Assembly (NCBI GenBank): GCA_051294905.1
Contig: CM119378.1
Span: 1,240,001 to 1,304,000, forward strand
Origin: Botryllus schlosseri
Taxonomy: Eukaryota
Length of the DNA stretch: 64,000 nt
Direction of reading: 5' to 3'
The notes beneath the pieces were generated by a model that saw only the letters and a list, made by a program, of their open reading frames with translations, was not told where the DNA came from and made no database searches. The translations under genes were made by a program, and so were the position numbers. Positions 50,992 through 61,500 of this stretch are shown here, in pieces. Every line of letters starts with the position of its first letter. The first letter of the stretch is position 1.

Positions 50992-52322
50992 ACAAAAAGT
51001 CACCAGACCTTTTTGTTGCCATTGTCACATTACGCATTTTACGGTCTGTGTTTCGAATTGTTACGTGATGCGTTTCGAAATGCCTAATTCGTTAAACAAT
51101 AAAGTCCATTAGTGCCCGTGAGTTCTATGAGTCATTATCAGTCATCACCCATAAAGGATGTCAAAAAAGAAAGCTTCAAGTTGAAATTCAAAGAAGGTGA
51201 GGCGGACAAAACATTTGTTTACTGGAGAGGGGTAAACCCGTATTTTCAGTTTTGGTGCCGAGCACGTTGCCGTATTTAAGGAGTATAATTTAAGTCGGTT
51301 GTAGGACAAAAACACGAAGACATACACTCGGTCAAGGGACGGCGAATTTCGGAAGAACTGCAACCTTGGCTCAACAACAAGGCCATTTGGCCAAGCTGTG
51401 CACTACCCGGACACCGGCGACCAAGACAATAAGCTTTCTATAGTATCCCAATAAAATTTATGCAACTTCCTTCAAATTTTCTCGCCCTACGCGCGATTTA
51501 CAGATCAATGGTTTATAGAATTGGGCATTTCGGCGTCAGCCATTATCGCGCCACGACGCACCAAGACATATGAAGTTTAGGCCAACGCGGGACTCCGAGA
51601 AGGCACTGCAACTGTGACTCCTGATCAAATTAACTAAGTAAATGTAAAATGAGTTCGACAGCGGGAAAACCGTGGCCGAAAAGGACTGCCCTTGTGTTGA
51701 CCGAAAACCACGATGTCCAATCGTCCATAGGAAATATTTGGCAGTGACGAAATACCAACTTGAAATAGTGTGCGTCTATTAGTTTAGTACGCATTGGCGG
51801 TTTCAATATCTTTCCACATAGCAGACGAGAGGTCACGAAATAACGACATGTAAGGAAGTCCGATTATTTACAATACGACACCTCACTCAGCTATAGCGGT
51901 AAAACTGAGTACGTGGGCTGAGAGAGGTTTAAAAAATATAGCAATACATATATGTGCAATTGTGCATTTACGCAATTACCAATATTATTGACCGATTGAA
52001 TCATGTACCTTGGAAAATTCCACGCTTCGCGCGATTAGGGCATAAAACGTTACCTATTAGTCTATACAAGAAATCTTGCCCGGAAGTAGTGCATCCTGAT
52101 GGGGGGGTTGAGGGCTTGGTTTATAACTATATGGGAGGGGGTAGGGCAAGACTTTCTCATTACCCGATATCGACACATGCACTGAGTGTAATTCATTGCT
52201 TTCAATCTATAAATAAAATCAATACACTGGAGAATATACAGCTAAAATGTTTGACTCAGCCCGTCAACATATTTTCTGTTTCTCATTTGGACCGCGGAGA
52301 AAAGTAATTGCCCACCCCTAGC

Positions 52323-52570
52323 CTAGTGTAATGGTGATGCGTCCGGCTTCTTGATCGGTATGTCGTGGGTTCGATCCCCGGCCGGATCAGACCATAAAGA
52401 CTGAAAACTAGTATCCGCGGCTATCCTGCTTGGCGCTTAGCATCGACAGATGACATGGAGGAGAAGAAAACGGGGGTGCAGACTAGGTGACCTTAGGTGT
52501 TATCGCATCTCCGTCGTCACGAGCATCTCGGTTGTTCAGGCAAAAGAGAATATCATCTCTCTCTCTCTCT
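52323..52570 (+). mobile_element. tRNA-derived SINE family 1, copy A
   Basis: A-box TAGTGTAATGG, B-box GGTTCGATCCC, body, LINE-A-like stem-loop and (CT)n tail. Confidence 0.85.
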
Positions 52571-53367
52571 TAATAAAGAGGGTACTTGGATACATATATT
52601 ATTGATATTTATCCTCTGTCACCCTGAGTGATCGGAATTACAGGTAGACCTGCTAGTAGTGATGGGCTCGAAAGCTTAGCGCTCGGAGTTAATATTCGTA
52701 AAAGTGGGGTTACCATATGCCCTCCTTTTTCAGGAAATTGAAAATGTCCTCCGATGACGCCTAAATATCCTCCTTTTTGGCAATTCGTCCTGCTTGATAT
52801 TGTTGGCCTATGCCAGCGACCGGACACAAGGCCGTAACTGCCGCACTTCAAACCCCCTTGAGCTCGAAGCGGGCCCTAAATGATATCGTGAAATACCATA
52901 AATTAACGAGTCTTTATTTTGGATATTTATAGAACTTTTTTCAAATTTTCTTCGCGCATCGCGCGATTTACTCTCGCTAGCTATCTTCATATAGGGTCTT
53001 CTCAAAAAAAAAATGCAAAATTTATATAGAAAAGCATTTCGGCGTCGGCCATTACCGCGTCACGACATACCAAGACGTTGAAAATGACGTTTCGGCTAAC
53101 ATGCAGCTCTGCGAAGTGTGCTGCCACAAAGCTTTGCGGCGACGAAGCCTCGACCAAAATGACCGCCTCATATTTGCCGAAACCGATATAAACATGTCGA
53201 ATTTTCCCTTGTCCATATGTGCCAATATGGATGGCTCTTAATATTATTGTTTCGGCAATCAGAGCCCCACATTACAAATGCCACCCGTAGACAAAAATTA
53301 TGCTGCTCCCAGTGAGGAAATGCCACTTTGAGTCGTGTGCGGCGCACGGAAGAAGTTCTTTAGGTCT

Positions 53368-53629
53368 GGTAGTGTAATGGTTGTGCGTCCGGCTTCTCGA
53401 TCGGTAGGTCGTGGGTTCGATCCCCGGCCTTGTCGGACCAAAGACTCGAAAACTGGTATCCGCGACTATCCTGCTGGGCGCTCAGCAATCACGGATAGCA
53501 TGGAGGAGAAAAAAACGGGGGTGCAGACTAGATGACCTTACTGTAAAAGGCCGTATCGCATCTCCGTCGTCAAAAGCATCTCGATGGCGCAGGCGAAAAA
53601 GAATACCATATCTCTCCCTCCCTCTCTCT
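53368..53629 (+). mobile_element. tRNA-derived SINE family 1, copy B
   Basis: Same A/B boxes, body and tail as 52323-52570. Confidence 0.85.
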
Positions 53630-55549
53630 GGTGCGTTTCAGCGATTCAGAAATCTTTTGACTATATAGCAGACGGAAGGTCACGAAATAACAACTCACAA
53701 CAATTAAAGTACTTAATTACGGGCCCTAAATCTTCAAACACCAATTCCGTCAGTAGGCCTACTAACGGTATAACTGAGCACGTGGGCTAGAAGTTAGGTA
53801 TTTGACTGAAATGGAATTCCAATTTCATTGACCGAATCCTAGGCTACAATGAATTCCATTTCGCTGTCAACCGATACCAAGAACACTAGCGTTGTGTGTA
53901 CGCCGCAAAGGGTTCGTTTGACACATCACCCTATACGGGGCTCAAGACCAGGAGGGCTGATGAAGGGCTGTTACGGTCCTGGCTAGACATCATATGTCTA
54001 GGGTAGATTCGGCTGTATTGCCACACGGACACTATATGTCTCCTGGGTCATGTTCGGACTTTGTTGCCCCTCTGATTTCATATATGGGGTGCTAATCCAT
54101 TCCGTGGTTCTCACATTCTCAGTCCGAATAAATGACTCAGTCGACAAAGGAGCATACCAAACGAAGTAGCCTACCTCTGATCTGTGTGTTCTGCTGTAAA
54201 CGGATCACATTGTCGTGTCAATTTAAGGTTTGCTACATATCAATTGAAAACATCGGGGCCACGAAGTAAAATTGAATCATAACCAGTCACACTACTAAAC
54301 AATATTATTTATATTTAAAAACGGAAAGTCCAAGAGCTAAATCCATTGCGAAAGTAGAACTATTAAGGGTTGTGCCTGATCCGCTGTCGGCCGTTTTCGT
54401 TGAGAATTTTGTGATAGTCCGCCAGTTCGTAGTTGCGCCGTTTAACATTGCTAGTTCCGCGGTTCCCTGCTTCCGACGTTTAGATTTTAGTCATTTGCAT
54501 TCGTCCAGAGATTGCAGTTCCGCTCAGTCGTGTAATTACAATAACGAAGCGCGGTCAATCAATAGCTAGCCAATCAACGTCACCCGCGAATTCCCACGCC
54601 TTGAAATATTAATTACGGACTGCAGGGTGCGTTAATTGATCAGAGAGAGGCAGACGAAGGCGCCTGTATGACAATGCTGTTCTCAAATCCAGATGGTTTT
54701 CCTCATCATCGGAGAGAAATGAACTGCCCTGACTTATGCATTTCTAATTACAGACGTAGGCAATACGTATCCACATTATTGATTATATCAGGTAGCTTTC
54801 TGGCTCTGCCTTTAAATGCAGACTCGTAGTCTCTTGTAGTTAGCGAGTTGTTTGTAGGCACTAGGCAGTTGACCTTTATGATCCGAACTTGATGCAGCGC
54901 TATCTCTACCTTGTTTTAGCCGTTTTACATATAAGAGTTATGCCAATTGCCAACCAGCTAACGTCTCAACTAAATTAATGCGGAGCCCGCGAACCTTCGA
55001 TAACGGTACAATCACAGTGTCCTACAGCGGTGTGGACAAACGCAAATCTCGCGGCTCACTGAGATTGGGTCACGTCATTCTTTCCATTTGACCAAAGGCA
55101 ATTTACGCCACTATTTAGACATACTTGCCGAACGCGAAATTTGATAAAGTTGGTATCAATCGAAAGCTAGCGTAGTAGTGATCATGAAAATGTAATTTTT
55201 TCTTCTGCTCGTGGGCCTGAAAACCCCCAAAAGGTTGGCATTGTGACGCCACAATACAGTCTGAAACAACGGATGTTGCTGCTCAAGAGTAAGTGAGCAG
55301 CACAGTGCCAAGGGTCATAGTGTGAGTGCTCAATTGCCTGTGCAACAATGGCCATTATGCTTGTGGTTTGCACTGCTACTCAACTTGCTTCCTAATTGCG
55401 GGAGCGCTGTTCCGGACAGTATGATTGCGTCACGATGCAAAATTCGAGGCTGATTTTGGGACCGAGAGCGAATCGACAAAGTTGGAAACGTCGCCACTAC
55501 GCTTTGTCATGATTCGTAGAACGCATGGTTTTATTTCGTTTTGGCGTCG

Positions 55550-58500
55550 ATGTATAGAGTGAGAACAAGCTGTTTCGACTATAAATTATGCTGATCAGAT
55601 CATATCTTCTAACTCAGGAATGTAAAATGGGAGATGTTGACGTGGACAAGTGCAATCACAGTGACGAGTTCCTGTGCAGAAGCTGCGCTGCGTACCATAT
55701 ACGCGCTGTAGAGCAAGAATTGCGCGACTCCGACCAGGTGGGACTCACAAATCCGCAACTCTTCCGACCCTGCCTTTGCCTGCGCCAATTTTAGGTCAGG
55801 CGACTCGTTTCCGAAATGACAGAATCGGATTCTGATTTACCAGGAGCGAAAACGTTGCAAGAAAATGGCAGTAATGTGAAAAGTGAAATATCACAGGTAT
55901 CTCACGATTTCATGGATGTTCTCTCTGTTTTTTTAAATTCATTGATAAATCTTCTGCAGTCGATAGAACGCATCATCTCGGAACTGCAGTCGCGAAAGGT
56001 ATATCTGTTCGAGGAAGTAGACGCATTGGTCGCCATGGAAACCAGGTTCGTTCGATTTTCCTATGAAGCTGAAAGAAAGACAGAAGCAAAACGCGCCTGT
56101 TAGGGCGCTGCATAGAGTAGTGAGTAGAGTAGCATCCAATTGTAATTCTTGCAATCGACTACGGCAGGGGTGTCAAACATACAGCCTGTGGGCCGCATCC
56201 GGCCCGCCATACGATTTCGTCTGGCCGGCGTGGCAATTCTGAGTGAATTGAAAAATTATTGTATTATCCACCACGTTTCTAACAAAAGTTGAGATTTTTA
56301 GTAATAAATACTTTGACATAAATAATAATCCCCAAGACTGCTAATGTCCAACATGTACAGATACAAGTAGGCTACATTGTACATAAGCCACATTATAGCT
56401 ATCTGTCGGCGATGTTGAGTTCTCACTCAAGTAACCATCAGGAAAAAAGTCGGTAACATTGACACTGCATTCCGAGCAGACAAAAAGTACACACTGATAT
56501 CAGTTCGGAGTGTTCTGAAAAATATAGCAAATAATAGCTATTCACAGAGGCGGAAACGCAAATGAGAAATCGTTTTATGTAAAATACACGGATAATATAA
56601 ATAGCTACACGAAGAATATAATTGAAATGCATTAAATCGCATTGATGTATACCTTACACTGACCCCAAAGGTCCCAGTCCCGGTTTCCAGAGAATTGGCG
56701 ATAGAAAAGTAATGAGCGAAATTCCAACATCCGCATTCACAATCTCGTGTCTTTCTCACCACGAACACGCAGGGCCAGCGACGCATCACGACTAAAACAA
56801 GGTAACATAAATTCATAGAAAATACACAACTTCGTCATTAGAACCACTGCAGTGCTGTTCCAGGGTGGGGTACACCGATGCCGGTCGATCCGCGATTGCC
56901 GATTAAACGAATACTGGTGTTGCTAGAATCGAGCCCGCATAATTCGTGATTACCAGGGCAAGTTTTTGAAACTTATGCAACTTTTTTTTACAACTTCCAG
57001 CATCTTCCTAAATACTGACAGGTTATGTAGTAGTGTGTCTCGAGCTGTTTGGAAGAATCTTATATTGCAATTTTTCTTCATTTTTTTCATGCGATATTTT
57101 GCAAGTCTTTCCGATTTTTATGCAACTAACTTTTTACTGGAAATATTTAGCACTATATGTAAATAGATCGCTTGATTACACTGATCAACACAATTTTTGT
57201 TGACTTTGATCAGACAATTGATTTTGACTAACTTTTGGGCGATGAATCCAAAATAACTTCCGTTTTTCTCCATCACGTCAAGTTTTTGGGTTAGGCACCC
57301 ACCACATTGTCTCATAACCTACCTTGCCAAGTAATCTTTTCTCACTTTTATGGATGTTGGAAGTTCCGAAGATTTCTATTCCAAGTCCCAAAGCTTATAT
57401 CAGATCAATAACTCGTGTTGATGCACTACTCTACGTTTTGAATCACCTTCTATTTCAAAATCTTCATCATTAGGCCTGCTGTCCCTAAGATCTTCATCTT
57501 GATCCAAATTATCGAGTGTATAGAAGTTTCAAGTTACACTGGATAAGCTGAATGGGGTATTGGACCTATAGCTGATAGTAAATGTAATGTTTATTTTTCT
57601 TGCCATATCCTGCAGCTGGCATCAAATATATGTCTGAAATATCCTCGTATGATTGTATCCTCCAACCAAAAATGGGTGAGAGCCTAGATCGATACCAGTA
57701 CCTTTTTTACTAATAATTCAATCGAGCCCTAGGCTATATAACTTATTTTATGGTAAAAGTGTGGATTTTTATGTGATATGGAAAAATAATATGGTGAAAT
57801 TCGTGAAAATTTGCATATTTTCGGGATATGTCGTAGAGCGAAAACTTAACGTGATGGAAGAAAACCAGCGGCATTTTGGTAATCAGCACGCCAAAATTAG
57901 CCCAAATCAAGTTCAAATTCGTTGTTCAAAGTTGTTGCCCAGTGTTTATTTCACTGTCATTTAAATTTGAGGTCATTCCTGATTTGACATTCACACATTC
58001 ACACAATTATATTTTCACCGTGACAATATTTTCAGGTTATTGATTTTGTTACAGTGCCTTGTTTTTGTTTGTTTTGGGGTATTCATGGTGTTTGTCGACT
58101 GCTATGGTCATTTACACCAGGCCGACATTCTTCTTATTTTCCGTAGCTGCCGACTTATAGCACGGCCCACCTTTAAGCTTATGTAAGACACCGCTGACGC
58201 GGGTGAGGTGGCGAGGAGGAGCCTAGGTAAACCTCCAACACTTAGATATCGGAATTCGGATGTCGACCTCGGTCGGACTCGAACCCGCATCCATTGGTGT
58301 TGCAGACGCGGATTATACCACTGCGCTATCTCGCCACTCAGAGGGCCTTGGCTACTGAACAATCCGAGTATCTCATGCCGCGATAACTTCAAGGAACTTA
58401 TCCATAAAAGCAACTTTTTAGTGCAACTTTTGTGAACAATAAGTGCAACTTGTCACGGATTTGACTGCAACAAAAACTTGCTCTAGTGATTACTAATACT

Positions 58501-61500
58501 ACTGGTGCTAATGTTGCTATTGGCGTTGATATTAAATCGTTGCAATGTAAAAGAAAGGTATGGATTTCCAGGTAACATATTTTAATCATTTGACTGGTCC
58601 GGCCTGCGACCCAAGTTGAGTTTGGCGCCCCTGGACTATACAGTAATATAGTAAAATAATTTGGTTGGGTTAGAACTCCAATACTTCACGATTGCTCTTC
58701 TTCGTAGAAGAGTTGGGCATATCGGGCAACTAGAAAAGTTTCAGCTTCTCCGAATTAGATTGCATTACAGTGGTTCTTATACTTTTTAGACCGCGACCCA
58801 AATCTGACTTTTAGTGGTATCTCGCGACCCAAGCAACACACACCAAAATGAATGCATTTGGGTGCCGACCAATTATATTAATAACGAAGGGTTTGGCCAC
58901 CCAGCGACGGTCAATTATCGCCACCGAACTTTTTGGCACCGCACTTTGCCCAGCCGTATGTTGGCCCAACGCCATATATTCATGTGTCCAAGCGTGGACG
59001 GGTTTTGGCCTCATAAACCGGCAACCGCTAGTTGTACTACTCTACACTAACGCGTCCCAGGTCTCCGACGGTGTTTTCCAGAGAAACCAATGTTGACAAA
59101 ATATTATCATGAATTCAAACCAATTTGTTTAATACAAAGGTCGGCACATTTTCATGATCAAGTCATGTTGTGGTGGCGACTTCTCCGCGTGTCTCGCTTA
59201 TTGGCCGTGGTACCAAACTCAGTGACCTCTGATACGCTCAAACCAACCACAGTAAATCGCGCGAAAAGCGAACATATTTTGTTGTTGCAATGACCTCAAA
59301 TAATATTACATACATATCAAAGGACCGCTCTGGTACCGTCGCGACCCAAAATTATACCCTTCGCGACCTATGTTTGGGTCGCGACCCATACTTTAAGAAC
59401 CACTGCATTAGAATGACTGGATTCGCGAAAGCTTGGAAATCAGGGTTCATTCTCAAAGGCACGAGAGTGGAAGATATCAGAACACCAAGCTTGGCTCGTT
59501 TCGCACTATACAGTTCTGCTGTAGCATTTTCAGGAAACCCGAAAGTTAGATTAGAAATAAATTGAGAGCATTGAAGTGTTTCACATAGCTCTAAAATTCG
59601 AACCTTGCAAAACAGAGCCATGCGTTTGATGGCCGGCCTGCCCCTTTGAACCAGACTGTCCCAGTTCTACCGCAAACTCAGAATCTTGAAATTTGATGAT
59701 ATATTTAAATAGTGTATTCATATTGAAATGAACCGACACTCGTCAGGGGTAATCGTCAGCAACTAGTAGAGAATTGGAAAGAACATTGTGTATCAACAAT
59801 CGTATCACAAAATATGACGTCACCAGCATGAAATTTCGAATGAGAGAGCGTTCAATGTACTATTTTTAGGTGGTACACGAACTCCTTTTGTTGACAGAGT
59901 TTTGGTTGGTGTATTTTGATAAAAGTTGATTCCAAGGCACACAAATGGAATTGTGAACGGCCTCGCCCTACGAATCGGAATCGGTCGTCTCGATAATTAT
60001 TCGCACAAATCGGATTATCCAACAGATGTTTGCCGATGGCAGAATTAATGGCCTTTGATCGATCAGCATCAATCTACTAATTCTACTAGTTGCTGACGAT
60101 TAGCCCTGACGAGTGTCAGCCTAAAATATTCGGGTTCATTTCAATATGAATATACTATTTAATTGTATATTGAAGTTCTGTACCTCCAAGAAGCTCTTCA
60201 GATGATATATTTGTATTTGAAGTTGCAAAATGAATGCATCGATATTTTTCGAATGACTTGCCTCCCGTCTTCAATCATTCATTCGTGCTTGCTCGAAGTG
60301 TACACTCCCACAATACCAGACATTCTTCCAAGGGCAACATCCATATACGCCCTCCCACCAGTAACCTCACAAAGAAATCAATCGAATATGCCGGTCCTGA
60401 TATTTGGAACGCTATACCTACATCTACAAGAGACCTTCCTTATCACTTATTCAAAAAGGAATTATTCATACACCTTATCTACTATTACTGACACCACTTG
60501 TCTCACCCATTTTTTCGTGTTATTGTTATTATTTATGTTATGCTATGCTGAATTAGATAATCCCAACCAACTGTAACCAAATTCATAAAGATATATTTGT
60601 AATTGTTAATGCAGGGTGTGATCAGACTAGTTGACCCTGCCCAGAGTCATATCGATTACACCCTGTCCTACACCGTTAAGTATCTTGTTATAATTTCAAG
60701 CGTCAATGTTATTTTCGTTTCGGTTGGACGAATCAATAAATATTTCTCTCTCTCACAAATAAAGATTGGCATTAAATTACTGGCGTTTCGGTCTAATTCG
60801 TCTAATTTGACAACTGTCAAAATAAAGTGGAGGATCGAAATAATATAGCACGAGCAGTGCATCACCCTTGTTAAATGCACCTACTGTATAGCACCCCACG
60901 TCATAAGAGGTGGTAAAGGTGCGAGTATAGGGTATTAGCTCGTTTTATCAGCTCCCTTTCGATAACAAATACCGACAACGCCTTCGACCCAGGGGTTGTT
61001 AGTTGAAATAATCGCTGAGTTACATTCAGATCATTGCGACGTGCGCGAGAACAGGTTGAAGTAGAAATTGCGGCGTCGACGACTCACTACCAGGTCGCAA
61101 GTGAGATGTGCGAACGACCTCTTATACTCAGCAATCCAGAAATACTGCAATACCGGAACGAAAAAATTTGTTTGGCGCGACAAGGTAACGGACATCTCCA
61201 AAGCAACGGAATTTCGTCAGACAAAGCTCGTCAAACGATAAAAGTAAGTGAAAATGCGGAAAATCCATCAGTGACGTCACACGAATGAAATAATGTTCAG
61301 TTGACGAATCGCGACGAAAGCGTTGTGCTTTCCGCAATATCCAAATTCGGCACCGTTTCTGCGCAAGCGCAGCTCACATTTGAGATTGACTGGACCCAGG
61401 ACAGCGGCACCGCCTTGTCGCGATATCGAAACAAAGGACAAGTAAAAAGGTGAATGGTTATATGTCTGACGCAAGAAATTCGAGGGTAAATGAAAGTGTG

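Larger units (their letters stand above)
47623..52320. mobile_element. 4.7-kb hAT host element with multiple nested insertions
   Basis: Ends CAAGCCTGGGTAAA / ATTGCCCACCCCTA (imperfect TIR), with perfect TSD GCCTAGTG at 47615-47622 and 52321-52328. Confidence 0.7.
56954..58485. mobile_element. hAT MITE (GCAACT motifs) hosting the Chapaev3 relic and SINE family 2
   Basis: CAGGGCAAGTTTTTG / CAAAAACTTGCTCTA ends with perfect TSD GTGATTAC. Confidence 0.88.
56165..58633. mobile_element. hAT (Charlie-like) host element in the large NHL-gene intron
   Basis: CAGGGGTGTCAAAC / GTTTGGCGCCCCTG ends with flanks GACTACGG/GACTATAC. Confidence 0.75.
59590..60754 (+). mobile_element. LINE family A 3' fragment interrupted by the PLE
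   Basis: KIRTLQNRAMRL...LKFDDIF / FEVAK*MHRYFSNDLPPVF...YAGPDIWNAIP, with the same 3' stem-loop (60612-60665) and (CT)n tail. Confidence 0.85.

Noticed and set aside
50732..51037. MVWYG-repeat ORFs (also 49178-49387)
   Set aside because: Translations of (CCATA)n MITE ends.
53368..53440. tRNA genes at 52323, 53368 and 58265-58339
   Set aside because: A and B boxes are present but acceptor stems are broken, and each continues into a SINE body and tail.
56104..56119. 16-nt mini-exon in the NHL gene
   Set aside because: Inclusion shifts the frame and stops in the 61030 exon; direct splicing 56045-61030 is in phase.
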